Assembly (NCBI RefSeq): GCF_009914755.1
Contig: NC_060940.1
Length of the DNA: 64,000 bases
Strand: one strand, 5' to 3'
Source: the human T2T-CHM13v2.0 reference genome, Homo sapiens
Shown: one piece after another, positions 1 through 14,313 of the stretch
Layout: every line of letters begins with the position of its first letter
Position numbering within the stretch: position 1 is the stretch's first letter
The notes under the pieces: model-generated
Told to the model about the DNA's origin: nothing
Databases searched by the model: none
The model's input: only the letters and a program-made list of their open reading frames with translations
Program-made: the position numbers and the translations under genes

Positions 1-146
<146 letters not shown>

Positions 147-2189
147 GAGGAGGATTCAACACAGTTGATGATGCTACAAAAAATAATAATAAGGATAGTG
201 AGACTCAATCAGGTAGAAACAGCTGTGAGTGGCTGTCATTTGCCCTCATGGTCTGTTGCTGCAGAGGAAGCTAAAAAGTGTGCAGGAGTGTCTACCCGTC
301 TACCCTGTGGTGGTCTCACGTATTGCAGCCTCTGCCTGATGGGCCCAGCATGGCTTTTGTCTCCCTGCATGCCCAGAAATTGCACAGAATGTGGATCAGC
401 TGTTCTCTCAGGGAACAGCGTTCTATTTGAGGACTGCGTTTTTACCAGACCAGGCTCAAGTCAGTTATATTTCAGGATGGCAGCCTTTGTAACCACCTAA
501 AATAATAAGCTTTTTCCTGTCTCCTAAGATGGGTTTACATTTTCCTTCATGTAGTCGTGCATTTCCCATCTGTCTATCTGTCCGTCCGTGTGAGCAGCTT
601 CTGTTGAGCAGTTGCCTGGTGCCGTTACCATGCGAGGTGTTCAGGATGCAGTGATGGATAGGACACGCCTCTGCTTTCAGTTGCTGCTTGTTGATGAGCC
701 AGCATTCTAAGCAGGTCACGTTACAAGGTGGTGAATGGTGAAATGGAGACGTTCATACGTGGTTCTGGGAGAAGAAAGGCTTCACACCGGCAGCAGTCCT
801 GAAATTGCATGAGGGAGCATTCTGGGCAGAAAACACAGGAGTGTCAAGGGCAATGCTGAGAGGAGCAGGGCTTTCCTGCTGCTTGCGAGAGTGGTTGTGG
901 GAGAGGCTTGCGGGAAAGGAGGATCTTGGTGTCCACACAGCCCCCCGTTGGGTGGACCTTTGTGCAGTGCTGGGTGCTGGACTGCCTGTGGTGCCCTCTG
1001 AGGTGTCTGCTTCCCTCCCTCCTCCTCAAGGCTCATTGCTTGCCAGAAGATGGGCTTTGTTTAAATTGACAAGGAGGGCAGGGCTGGCGAGCTCCAGAGC
1101 AGAGGGTGCCATGAGCCCTGGCAGGTGGGTCCGAGCCACAGGAGGATCAGAGGCTTATCTTGGAGCAGTAAGGAGGGGCTGTCCTGTGCTTAAAGAAAGG
1201 GGGCCAGAGAGAGTTGGCATTGGATTAGTGTTTCAGAAGAACGAATGTGGTGGGTTGGGGAATGCTCCTGAGTGCTCTAAAAATCTAAATGTCCAGTAAA
1301 AGAACAGTAAGTGCATCCCCGCTTTGATTGCTTGGATTTGGAGCAGTATTTGATAACACAGATCGTTAATAGAGATCTGTAGTGGTGCACATCCTAATTT
1401 TGTGTGTATGTGCCGCTCCCTCAAGTGACCATAAGCAGTTGTAATTAACATTTGCACTGGCTGATCCCATGCCTTGCACCATGCACAGGTCTCCTTTCCA
1501 GTCCATCGGCCCTCCCGTCTCCAAGGATCTATCCTTCATTAAAGATTGTGTGTTTGTTAAATATTTTCTCCTTTTCATTCCTTTATAAGTGCTCTAGGAA
1601 TACATAGCCTACCCTGAGGATGTAATTCTTTGTAGAAACCCTTCAGATATGCTGTTCCCTGCCTGGATACTCAGCGTCTGGGTCTTATTCCTCATCTTAG
1701 CTCAGTTGTTGCTTCCACAAGTCCCTTACTGACCCTCAGAATAGCGGTGGTCTGTCCTCCGGTCTCCCTGGTACCCCCATAGTCATCCGTTGCACAGTTT
1801 TGGACTTGAAATCCTGTGATTAGTTGTGTCAGCGGTGCCCTTTGCTGCCTTCCTTGTTAGAGTGTGCAACTCAGTCTTCACACGGTATCTGTGGAACCAG
1901 GCAGCTGCAGGCAGAGCACAGGTATCCAGAGAATTTTGGACTGGAACTACAATCCTGAGTTCTGATGCCGTGCCTGAGGTGTGTGGAATCACCAGAAAGT
2001 GTATTCACGTAGATAGAGGAATTACAAGTCAACCTGTGTAAACATGTTAGGTGGAGCTCTTTCATATGAATGATGCTGAATTTTACCTTCTAAATTGAGT
2101 GTTCAGTTGAGCATCTTTTTTTTTTTTTAGTATTTATTTTGAGTTGTGCACTTGAGTTTCTCTTTCATGTTTGCGTGTGCATTTTCTAG

Positions 2190-2400
2190 AATGGCTTCAG
2201 TCATCCATCTTCTCTGGAGGCTGCAGACCAGCCAGATCCACTACAGCTACAACGAGGAGAAAGATGAGGACCACTGCAGCTCCCAGTGGGCACACCTGCC
2301 AGCAAATCACCACTGCTCCCACAGATGGGCCCTGGGGGACCATTCTCAGGCATTTCTGCAAGTCATTGCAGACAATAACATTCAGGATCACAACGTGAAG
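2190..2400 (+). pseudogene. HERC2P: HERC2P exon ~27 (frameshifted)
   Basis: ttttctAG|...EWLQSSIFSGG/LQTSQIHYSYNEEKDEDHCSS...IQDHNVK|GTgagc; 1-bp deletion near 2220 and a compensating indel pair at ~2283-2315. Confidence 0.92.
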
Positions 2401-2673
2401 GTGAGCTAGGCCTGTCCCCACTGTCACCTCAGTGCTCTGTTTATCTGAGGACTTTGACATAGGAATACTTAGGTGCTCTTTGGTTAACATAGCACAGACT
2501 TTGTTTCATGTATTATTTGGAGGGTTTTGAGGTGAGAACCTGATTGTGTTAACATGCTAGCAAGGCTTCGGAAGCATTACTGATTGCAAGTGCATCAGAA
2601 GCTGTGGCATGTTTAAGATTTGTGAAGACTCACTGGCCGGCCCTGAAGTTACCTCCAGCTGTTTCTGTTGCAG

Positions 2674-2806
2674 GGCTTTTTGTGTCAAATAGAAAGGTAC
2701 TGTAGGCAGTGCCATTTGACCACACCGATCATGTTTCCCCCCGAGCACCCCGTGGAAGAGGTCGGTCGCTTGCTGTTATGTTGCTTCTTAAAACATGAAG
2801 ATTTAG
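2674..2806 (+). pseudogene. HERC2P: HERC2P exon ~28
   Basis: ttgcAG|GFLCQIERYCRQCHLTTPIMFPPEHPVEEVGRLLLCCFLKHEDL|GTaagg. Confidence 0.93.
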
Positions 2807-2913
2807 GTAAGGAGCTCAATATCTGTGTACTTTAGCTAGACTGCAGATTCCTCGACTAACCTGTGGTACATATTCATTCCTTCCCTGTCCTTCTTTTAAA
2901 TGTCTTTTTGCAG

Positions 2914-3041
2914 GTCATGTGGCATTATCTTTAGTTCATGCAGGTGCACTTGATATTGAGCAAATAAAGCACAGAACGTTGCCTAAGTCAGTGGTGGATG
3001 TTTGTAGAGTTGTCTACCAAGCAAAATGTTCGCTCATTAAG
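2914..3041 (+). pseudogene. HERC2P: HERC2P exon ~29
   Basis: ttgcAG|HVALSLVHAGALDIEQIKHRTLPKSVVDVCRVVYQAKCSLIK|GTgata. Confidence 0.93.
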
Positions 3042-3133
3042 GTGATATATTTTAATTCTTTTTATTCTGTGCTTTGCAGACAGTTGCAGAAATATTTGTT
3101 GTTAAAGTTGTCTTTTCCTGGTTAACTTTGCAG

Positions 3134-3329
3134 ACTCATCAAGAACAGGGCCGTTCTTACAAGGAGGTCTGCACTCCTGTCATCGAACGTTTGAGATTCC
3201 TCTCTAATGAATTGAGACCTGCTGTTGGTAATGACCTCTCTATAATCTCTGAGTTTAAATTGTTAAGTTCTTTGCCCCGTTGGAGGAGGATAGCTCAGAA
3301 GATAATTCGGGAACGGAGGAAAAAGAGAA
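3134..3329 (+). pseudogene. HERC2P: HERC2P exon ~30
   Basis: ttgcAG|THQEQGRSYKEVC...RIAQKIIRERRKKR|GTaaga. Confidence 0.93.
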
Positions 3330-3813
3330 GTAAGAATGTAAAAGGACAGAAGATACTATTAAAGCATGTGCTTCACCCTGCCTCGCTGGACCTGTGATTT
3401 CAGAGTGAAGTTTCTCTACTGTTGATTCCATGTGACATTTCTACCTGCTGCCATCATTTTTATGTATAGTTATGATTAAATACGGAAATCTCTCCTATTT
3501 TTTCAACCGATCAGACAATGAGGCAGTTTAGGAATTGAGTGTGGTATGATTTGATTACTAGTAAATTGATGTTGAAAATGTAAATAATCTTTGCTAAATT
3601 GATGGGAACAAGGACGTATTTTTATTTTATTAGTTATCCTGGTAATGAGATATAATGGGAACATTTAAACTTATTGCCATTCTTCTAAAGAAATGTTTTT
3701 TGTTTGGAAATATTGAGTATTCTGATACATGGAGAATTATAAAGGGAAGCTGAAAGAGTTACTGACATTTTCCTGGAAGTAGCTGTGTAAGAGTACAGAA
3801 AATTGTAGCACCA

Positions 3814-3968
3814 TAAAGTTTTACGGGAGCACAGCCACACCTGTTGCTTTATCTGTGGTTACTTTTTGTGCTACAGCAGCAGAGTTGAGTATTTCCAACA
3901 GACTGCGTGGCCTGAAAGACTCAAATGTTCACTCTCTGGCACTTGAGGAAGAGCTTGCTGGCTGCTGG
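3814..3968. mobile_element. MER58-like hAT DNA transposon fragment
   Basis: taaagttttacgggagcacagccacac...gcagagttgagta...gcttgctggctgctgg resembles MER58A. Confidence 0.6.
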
Positions 3969-4195
3969 GCTTCCCCTGCTTCGGGGCTTCTCCCCTTGTC
4001 ACACTCTCACTTTGTCATTTTGTTCTGCCATGGTGATCATTTCACTCTTGTTGTTTGAGCCTTGCAATTTATAATGTTGTTCAGATGTTTATTTGAATGA
4101 AATATTTGTCTTTCATGTAAATCTAAGTATTTCCTAATTTAAAATTAATATTTAAGTGTATGATTTTTTATAGTGAATGATGTTTTAAAACACAG

Positions 4196-4329
4196 TTCCT
4201 AAGAAGCCAGAATCTACGGCTGATGAAGAAAAAATTGGAAACGAAGAGAGTGATTTAGAAGAAGCCTGCATTTTGCCTCATAGTCCAATAAATGTGGACA
4301 AGAGACCCATTGCAATTAAATCACCCAAG
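4196..4329 (+). pseudogene. HERC2P: HERC2P exon ~31
   Basis: cacAG|PKKPESTADEEKIGNEESDLEEACILPHSPINVDKRPIAIKSPK|GTgcag. Confidence 0.92.
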
Positions 4330-4862
4330 GTGCAGTGTTTTCTGTGATTCTGAGGTTAGCTGAATAGAATCATAGCATGTAGCAAAGGAATCCACAGTCT
4401 TGTACCTCTGTACCTGAGCATCCGGAGGGAGGGACGGGCGGTTGTTAGAAATACGGCCCCAGTGATGGTTCATGAACTTGACTTATGATGTCCTGGTCAG
4501 AGCTGTAGCTGGAGAAGGGTTTCCTTTTATTTTTGGTACTAGATTGTATCATTAATTATTCACCATTCATTCCTTAAATATATTCTTTGTTCCAGAAACA
4601 GTGCTGGGCCCTGTGGCTATTAATATGAACCACAACTTAACTTCGTATGCCAAGCTAGCCTGTTCCAACATATATTAGTATAGAGATAAGTTCACTTATA
4701 TTTATAGCATAGTTTTAAAACCATGTATTAATTACTAAATTTAACATATTTTAACCAATTTAAACCTATGAGCATTATTTATATTTTACTTGAATAACTT
4801 TTAGAGCACAGTTTAATATTAAATAGGGTAGACTAATGATGAAAATTGTTTTCCTTTGTTAG

Positions 4863-5036
4863 GACAAATGGCAGCCACTGTTGAGTACTGTTACAGGGGT
4901 TCACAGATACAAGTGGTTGAAGCAGAATGTTCAGGATCTTTATCCGCAGTCTCCACTCCTCAGTACAATTGCTGAATTTGCCCTTAAAGAAGAGCCAGTG
5001 GATGTGGAAAAAATGAGATAGTGCCTACTAAAACAG
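4863..5036 (+). pseudogene. HERC2P: HERC2P exon ~32 (premature stop, dead donor)
   Basis: DKWQPLLSTVTGVHRYKWLKQN...DVEKMR*CLLKQ; TAG at 5019-5021; donor reads ATaaca instead of GT. Confidence 0.92.
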
Positions 5037-5115
5037 ATAACATTTGATGAGAAATGCTTCTCTGCAGTGGGTAATATACATAACACTTAACTGTATATGC
5101 ATTGATATTTTGCAG

Positions 5116-5258
5116 TTGGAGAGAGCAGAGGTTCGCCTGGAAGGGATAGATACAATTTTGAAATTGTATCTGGCGAGCAAGAATTTCTTACTTCCATCTG
5201 TGCAGTAAGCGATGTTTTGTGGATGGCAAAGACTTATTCCTGAAGGAATCGATATAGG
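5116..5258 (+). pseudogene. HERC2P: HERC2P exon ~33 (premature stop)
   Basis: LERAEVRLEGIDTILKLYLASKNFLLPSVQ*AMFCGWQRLIPEGIDI|GTaaaa; TAA at 5206-5208; apparent 2-codon insertion relative to recalled HERC2. Confidence 0.92.
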
Positions 5259-5375
5259 GTAAAACGTTAGCATATTTTTTTCTTAACTAAGGAAGCTGTG
5301 GCAACAGAATGTTGTTCTGTAACAGTTAGAAGTCTGGCAGTGTCCCGAGTCAAATTCTTTATCTTTATTTGAAAG

Positions 5376-5527
5376 GGAACCTCTTACTGATTGTTTAAAG
5401 GATGTTGATTTGATCCCACCTTTTAATCGGATGCTGCTGGAAGTCACCTTTGGCAAGCTGTATGCTTGGACTGTTCAGAACATTCTAAATGTTCTGATGG
5501 ATGCCAGTGCCAAATTTAAAGAGCTTG
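5376..5527 (+). pseudogene. HERC2P: HERC2P exon ~34
   Basis: EPLTDCLKDVDLIPPFNRMLLEVTFGKLYAW...DASAKFKEL|GTgagt. Confidence 0.93.
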
Positions 5528-6044
5528 GTGAGTCAACAATTGCATCAATGTTATTTTATAGTTTGCCTTTAATTATGTGTTGTGGAAACTTGCAAATGCC
5601 AATTTTTGCTTTTGAGAAGACTGTAATAAGTTTGTACTTTGTACTTGTATAATCTATGCTGCTGTCAGCTTTCTCAGATTTTAAACAAAACTTTAAAATT
5701 TAGCAGGAGATACAATGTTGAAGTACTCTAGTATAACATTTTTACATTTTGACATTTATATGTGTATCACCACATATCCTAAGTGTCTGTGTCTTATATT
5801 AATATTTATTTCCTGGATAGTCTGAGCATCTACAGAGAGTTGATTGGATTGGTTTTGTGGAGGAAAAGTGAGACATAACTTTTATATTTGAAATGGAAGG
5901 AATGGAATAGGGCACCAGTGTATTCAGAGAGCAACATGCTAAGTCCTGTAGACAGATGGAACGACCTGTGCATAGAATACAGGGGTTAGGCCCATCGTGC
6001 AGCATGACAGAGCTGCCCACTCTGTGGAAACCACTGAAAAATAG

Positions 6045-6229
6045 TCAGATGTTTAGAGTAATTGCCCGTGCTTTCTGTGTTACTTTTATTCTTGTATCCA
6101 CGCACAAGAAATGTCAGTGGGTGTCAATGCTTATTAGTCAGATGTTTAAAGTAATAGCCCGTGCTTTCTGCGTTATGTTTATTCTTGTATCCATCACAAG
6201 AAATGTAAGTGGGTGTCAATGCTTATTAG
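6045..6229 (+). repeat. Tandem duplication, 93+92 bp, containing the splice acceptor
   Basis: tcagatgttta...gggtgtcaatgcttattag at 6045-6137 and again at 6138-6229. Confidence 0.95.
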
Positions 6230-6421
6230 GTATCCAGCCGGTTCCCCTGCAGACCATCACCAGTGAGAACCCATTGGGACCGAGCCTGGGGAGCATCCCG
6301 CAAGCCCGCTTCCTCCTGATGATGCTCAGCATGCTCACCCTGCAGCACAGCGCAAACAACCTCGACCTCCTGCTCAATTCCGGCACGCTGGCCCTCACTC
6401 AGACGGCACTGCGCCTGATTG
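6230..6421 (+). pseudogene. HERC2P: HERC2P exon ~35
   Basis: ttAG|IQPVPLQTITSENP...ALTQTALRLI|GTaggt. Confidence 0.93.
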
Positions 6422-7234
6422 GTAGGTCTGCACTGGCTTGAGAGCCTTTGGGAAAACGTCAAGATTTTGCTTTGATTTCTTTTTTTTTTTTAAGCTTTTT
6501 GTAAATTATGGTAAGACACAAATAGCAGAAAGTGTAGCATTTTAACGTCGCAATTCAGCAGTATTAAATACATTCACAATTTTCTAGAGTCATCACCACT
6601 GTCTGGTTGTAGAACTTTTTCATCACTATAAATGCACCCCATTTAGCCATCAGTCCTGACTCACCTGCTCTCCAGCCCCTGGTAGTCACAAATCTGCTTT
6701 CTCTGTCTATGGATTTGCATATCCTGGATATTTCATATAAATGGAATCATACCATTTGTGGCCTTTGTGTCTGGGTTATTTCATTTGGTATATATCAGTA
6801 CTTTATTTTTATGGCTGAAAAAGATTTCCATTGTATGAATATATAACATTTTGTTTATTCATTTATCTGTTGATGGACATTTGGGTTGGTTTTGCCTTTT
6901 GACTTTTGTGAATAGTGTTGCTAGCAACATTTATATACAAATACTTGTTTGAACACTTGTTTCTAGTTCTTTTGATTATACACCTAGGACTGGAATTACA
7001 GGGTCATATGGTACAACTATGTGTAACTTACTAAGAGACTACCAAACTTTTCCACAGTGCCATATCATTTTTACATTCCCACCACCAGGGGGCAGGATTC
7101 CAGGGTCCAAGTTTCTCTACTTCCCTGCCAACACTATTTTTTGTGGTTTTCTTTTTTTTTTTGGATTAAGGCCATCCTAGTGGGTGTGAAGTGCTATCTC
7201 ATTGTGATTTTGATTTGCATTTCACTAATGATGA

Positions 7235-7637
<403 letters not shown>

Positions 7638-8626
7638 TAAATAGGGTTATTTGTCGTCATCTTGTTGTTGTACCGGTAAATGCACTATGTAAGTGTACCA
7701 AACATTTAAAGAAGAATTAACACCAGTCCTCAGACTCTTTAAAAATTTCATGTATACTAGACCTTCACAGATCTGTAGACCTTTATCAGATATATCATTT
7801 GTGGGTATTTTCTCCTGTTCTCTGGATTGTATTTCCTTTCATAGAGAAGTTTTTTATTTTGATGAAGTTTAGTTTATCTGTTTCTCTTTTGTCGTCTATG
7901 CTTTTGATATCATACCCAAAAAGCCATTTCCAAATACAAGACTGATGAAGATTATCCTCATCTCATGTTTTCTTCCGTAAGTTTTATAGTTTTAGCTCTT
8001 ATAGTTAGATCTTTGGTCCATTTTTAGGTAATTTCTTTTACACAGTGTGTGGTAAGAGTCCAGCCTTTTCCTTTTGATTATCTGATTGTTTCAATACCAC
8101 TTGTTGAGGACTATTCTTTCCCTGAAGTTCTCGGTACCCTTGGCAAAGATCAGTTGGCTGTAGATATTTAGGTTTATTTCTGGACTCTCAATTACATTAT
8201 TACATTCTATATGTTGATAATTATGCAGGTACCACACTGTTTTGAACATTGTAGTTTTGTACTGTTTTAAAATTGAGAAGTGTGTCTTCTTTCTCAAGAT
8301 TATTTTGGCTGCTTTGGTTCCGTTGAATTTTCATATGAACTTCAAGGCTGGCTTTTCCATATCTGCAAAAAAGACCATTGGGATTTTTGCTAGGGATTGA
8401 ATCTGTAGATTGTTCTGGGGAATAGTGCCATCTTAACAATGTTAACATCCATTCTCTGAATGTGGAATGTCTTTCCATTTATTTCCGTCCTCTTTAATTT
8501 CTTTCAGCAATATTTTATTGTTTTACAGTTATCAGGGTAATAATGGCCTCATAGAATGAACTAGGTAGTGTTCCCATATATTCTATTTTTAGAAGAGTTT
8601 GAGGATTGGTGTCAATTCTGCTTTAA

Positions 8627-8969
<343 letters not shown>

Positions 8970-8983
8970 TGAAAGATTTTTAA

Positions 8984-9513
<530 letters not shown>

Positions 9514-9659
9514 TCTTTTTTTCTTAATTTGCGGAAAGTTTATCAGATTTTTTGTTCTTGCCAGAAACCAAACTTTTGGTTTTGTAGATTATTTTTCCAT
9601 TCCCTATTTAATTTATGGCTGCTCTAATCTCTGTCGTTTCCTTCCTTCTGCTTTGTATT

Positions 9660-9841
9660 TTTTTGTTTTTGTTTTTTTTTTTTGTCTTTGTTTTGAGACA
9701 GGGTCTTACTTTGTCCCTCAGGCCGAAGTACAGTGGCGCAGTCATGGCTCACTGCAGCCTCAACCTCCTTGGCTCAAGTTATCCAACTGCCTCAACCTCC
9801 CAAAGTGCTGGGATTACAGGTGTGAGGCACCACACCTGGCC
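9660..9841 (-). mobile_element. Old Alu fragment (AluJ/monomer)
   Basis: tgagacagggtct...cctcccaaagtgctgggattacagg. Confidence 0.85.
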
Positions 9842-10435
9842 TAACTTTGGTTTTTATTGTGTTCTTATTTTTTTAGTTCTTCCAGATGTAGAGTTATTGA
9901 TTTGAGATCATCTTCTGTGAATGCAGACTTCTATAGTATAATTGCCCGTCTTAGCCCTGCTTTTGGCGCAGCACAGAAGTTTTGGTATGTTGTGTTTTCA
10001 TTCATCTCATAGTATTTTCTAATCTCCCTTGTGATTTCTTCTTTGACCCACTGATTGTTTACCGTGTGTTGTTTAATTTTCATATACTTGTGAATTTTCC
10101 ACTTTTCCTTTTGTTATTAATTTCTCATCATTTCATTTTGGTTGGAGAAGGTAATTTGTATGATTTTAGTCTGTTTAAATTTGAGACTTTGTGGCCTAAC
10201 ATATGGTCTGGTCAGTCTAAGAGAGTGTTCTGTGGTATACTTGAGAATAATGTTTATTCTGCTCTTTTTGGTGAAATGTTCTGTATATGTCTATTAGATC
10301 TGATTGGTTTATGGTGGTGTTCTTTGGCTAAAACTGAGATGCTGCAGGGCCCGTTGTCAAAGTCACAGTGAAAAAGCAAGGTTTTCCCAAGCTCTTTTAA
10401 TCACATCAGTCTTAGAGTTCAAATTAATCCATTCA

Positions 10436-10816
<381 letters not shown>

Positions 10817-11789
10817 TTATATGTTGTATTATGTTAAATATATATTTTAATATGTGTATTACAGCTGAAAAGAATCATCTAGTAAGAGTTATATCTGATT
10901 TCTTGAGGCCTCATTAGCAACCAAAAGTTACATTTAAAAATTACAGAAGCATATCTCCATCGAGAAATGGCCTTTTTATGTTGTCTGCTTTTTCCCCAGA
11001 GGTTCCAATAAGTAAAAATCACAGCACAAATCATTAAGTATGGGGACTTGTTCTGTTGATAGTATTCATGTGTTTAAATTTCATCTGGCCCACTGGCTGC
11101 AAAAAGCAAGGAAGTTGTGTCTCATGAATATCCGTCTATATTTGCAGCTTGCCCTGATCAGGGTATCCTTCTTATCATTTAAGAAATTATAAGCATATAA
11201 TATTTTATACCAGCTTAATGTGTACATCCACATGTAACAGCCACAAAACATAAAGCTATGTAAAATAAAAAATTTCCCCCAGTTTTGGTTGCAAATTTAT
11301 TCAAGCCCTTAGCAATAAATTCAGTCTTTACAGAGTTAACAGTATAGCTGCCCAGGGGATCCTGGGAGATCCACCTGGAATGCAACTCCTGTCCCTTCCT
11401 TGGGGCCCCTTCCTGGGAGCCCTAAAGTAGCGGCTAGGCTAAAGGAAAGGCTGTTTCCCCCGCTAGTTTATCTAAAGTTTTGCTCCAGCCCTGGGGATTG
11501 AATATCCTTTTTTGTTCTCTTGGAAGAGAGAGAAACACAAACTTTTTACATTTTTTGGCTCACCCAAGCCCACCTTTGGGACCGTTTGGATCTTTTTCCC
11601 TCCCACCTGGAGGAGAAAACTAAAATCAAGGGAGTTACCAGAACCGCACTCCTACCCGCTCTCAGTTTAGCAAGTGAGAAAAGGGGGGTTAAAAATCTAG
11701 CCTACTCTCCTAGGGTTAGCTCTCCTATTTTCAAATCCATTGGTAAGTTTTACTTCTCTCAGGTGACAGCAGCTCAGCTTCTGTTTCAT

Positions 11790-12318
11790 GCTATGGATGA
11801 CTCTGTAGCCACCCAGGGCACCAATTGTCAGGGGTCTCCAGGTTTGATGGTTGGCCAGGAGGACTCACAAGACTCAGCATGTAGTTGTACTCAGGGCTAT
11901 AGTTTATTACAGTGAAGGGACACAGAGCAAAATCATGAAAAAGGACGTGTGTAAAGTCCAGAGGAAAGCAGGTACAAGCTTCCACAGGATCCACACAGGA
12001 CGAGCATAACTGCCCCGGCACCGAGCCATGTCAAGTGCTGTCTGCCGGGAAGCTGGGTAGAGACTCCAGGCCCAGGGTTTCCATCAGGGCTGACCACATG
12101 GGCACCCCGTGCCTGGTGCATACCAAGTTCCAGAACAAGGAAAGCAGGTTTCAGCACAGACCATGTTGTTTGTACAGTCAATTCAGGCACAGCGAACCAC
12201 AACTACCACCTAGGGAATTGGGGAGCCCTCCTGAAATCCAGACTCCAGCCGAGGGCTAGCCTGCAGCAATCCTGTCTGAGGTTGTATCTCGGGCCAGCTG
12301 TTAGCTGTCTTCTGCACA
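11790..12318 (-). mobile_element. MER21-family ERV LTR; upstream 10330-11790 may be internal sequence
   Basis: Reverse complement begins tgtgcagaagacagctaaca; also ggactcacaagactcagcat...tagtttattacagtgaaggg. Confidence 0.7.
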
Positions 12319-12708
12319 GAACCATGATTAAAGTTTGTCAGTTTCCCACTGTTAGATATTTAGGTAGTTATCTTTGTTTTTCTATTAATAAAAAATGTGA
12401 TGATTATCTTTCTAACTCAGTTATTTTGCTTTTTACAGGGGAGTAATTCCTAGAAGTAGAGAAAGTAGCTTTACTGAGCATTTTAATATCTTTTATATCT
12501 TCCTAGGATATTTATGTATTTTGTCCTTCCGTTTATCTTCTTTTTATCGTATATCAGTAAAATATTCATAGTATTATATTGATAAACATATAGTATGGAT
12601 TCTTCAAAACATTATGATCTTCATTAGTATTTTTTAAATGTTTTGTGTGTATTAAAGGGACATTGTAGCTACTTGTTGGCTCAGCTATTGTTTTTGATGC
12701 TCTGTCAG

Positions 12709-12896
12709 GCCCCAGTTGTGACAATGTTGAGGAAGATATGAATGCTTCTGCTCAAGGTGCTTCTGCCACAGTTTTGGAAGCAACAAGGAAGGAAACGGCT
12801 CCTGTGCATCTCCCTGTTTCAGGGCCAGAACTGGCTGCCACGATGAAGATTGGAACGAGGGTCATGAGAGGTGTGGACTGGAAATGGGGCGATCAG
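12709..12896 (+). pseudogene. HERC2P: HERC2P exon ~36 (start of MIB/HERC2 domain)
   Basis: tcAG|[13 protein letters not shown]...[18 protein letters not shown]|GTactc. Confidence 0.93.
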
Positions 12897-13883
12897 GTAC
12901 TCAGAGATTTGATGTGAACACATTAGCCACACATTAGTTATCTTCTGCACAGGTCTGTACGATATTGGTGGGTGGAAATTGGAATAATCCAGGATGTGTC
13001 GGTTGATAGATGACACAGGTGTTGGTTCCCGAGCTGCTGAAGGGAGTGAACACAAATAGGGAATCATAAGTAGGGCATCTGAGCAGAATCAAGTCTGGAA
13101 AGAGAGGCAGCTCTTTTCAGGAAACTCACTGGCATGAGGCTCAGTTTGATGGGTCACTGGAACAAGAGTGAGAGTGAGCAAGAGAGTAAATCTCATTCTG
13201 AAAGTTGGTGTAGTGAAGGCTCTGAGGCAGGAAGCCCAGATTCTGCCCCTGTGAGCTGATGGCCACGTGCTGCGAAGTGCCCTGAACCCAGTAGTTAGGG
13301 ATATACTTCATGGGCCTGTGGCCATGTCTCCATTTTCCCTCATCGCAGGTGTCTTCTAAATCGCTGCCAGGTGCCCCCAGGTGGAAGTCACTTACCACAG
13401 CCCTAGCTAAGTTAGGGCAGCGTTCACCTTCCCATGGTCTGTCTAGCTTTTCTCAGCCACGCTAGTAAGCCCCGGCTTTGTCACAGTCATCTTAGAAATA
13501 GCAGTGTCTGGAGACAGCAGCATCCATCCTAGAAACAGCTTTCTCCTACAGAAGTGAGAGACAGAGCTTCCCCCTGGGGCCCGGAGGAAACTGAAGAAAA
13601 GGGAATGTGCAGGTGCTGGTACTTGTTTCAGGTTTCTGCTCTTGCAAGGCCGGTGAGGGATTGAGGGGTCAGGACTTGCTGCAAAGCCCTGTCTGTGCAT
13701 TAACTCAGAGGATCCTCATTGAGATGAGATTTCCCCTACTTCCTTGGTAAAGCAGCATGAGCACGTTATTTTATGCCATTTAATTTAAAATGATGCAAGC
13801 ACACATTTTGTAGGAGAGGTGAAATCTGTGTCTGGGGACAGCCCCTGACAGACAGGGTGGCATATGGCGACATCTGTGTGGCA

Positions 13884-14099
13884 GGTCTGGTGTGAGCCAT
13901 GGAAGGACCAGGACAGAGCACGCACCCTCCTAACTGAGGTCTGGTGGGAGCCATGGAAGGACCAGGGCAGGGCACGCACCCTCCTAACTGAGGTCTGCTG
14001 GGAGCCATGGAAGGACCAGGGCAGGGCACGCACCCGCCTAACTGAGGTCTGCTGGGAGCCATGGAAGGACCAGGGCAAGGCACGCACCCTCCTAACTGA
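13884..14099 (+). repeat. Minisatellite, 54 bp x 4
   Basis: Unit ggtctggtgggagccatggaaggaccagggcagggcacgcaccctcctaactga. Confidence 0.97.
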
Positions 14100-14120
14100 T
14101 CTCTACTTGGGCTTTGTCAG

Positions 14121-14313
14121 GATGGGCCTCCTCCAGGCCTAGGCCAAGTGATTGGTGAGCTGGGAGAGGACGGGTGGATAAGAGTCCAGTGGGGCACGGG
14201 CAGCACCAACTCCTACAGGATGGGGAAAGAAGGAAAATACGACCTCAAGCTGGCAGAGCTGCCGGCCGCTGCACAGCCCTCAGCAGAGGATTTGGACACA
14301 GAGGACGACTCTG
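14121..14313 (+). pseudogene. HERC2P: HERC2P exon ~37 (MIB/HERC2 domain)
   Basis: tcAG|[46 protein letters not shown]...EDDS|GTgggt. Confidence 0.93.

Noticed and set aside
13884-14099. CRISPR-like array
   Set aside because: Head-to-tail units with no unique spacers, in primate DNA, and no cas genes. The same applies to 19058-19243.
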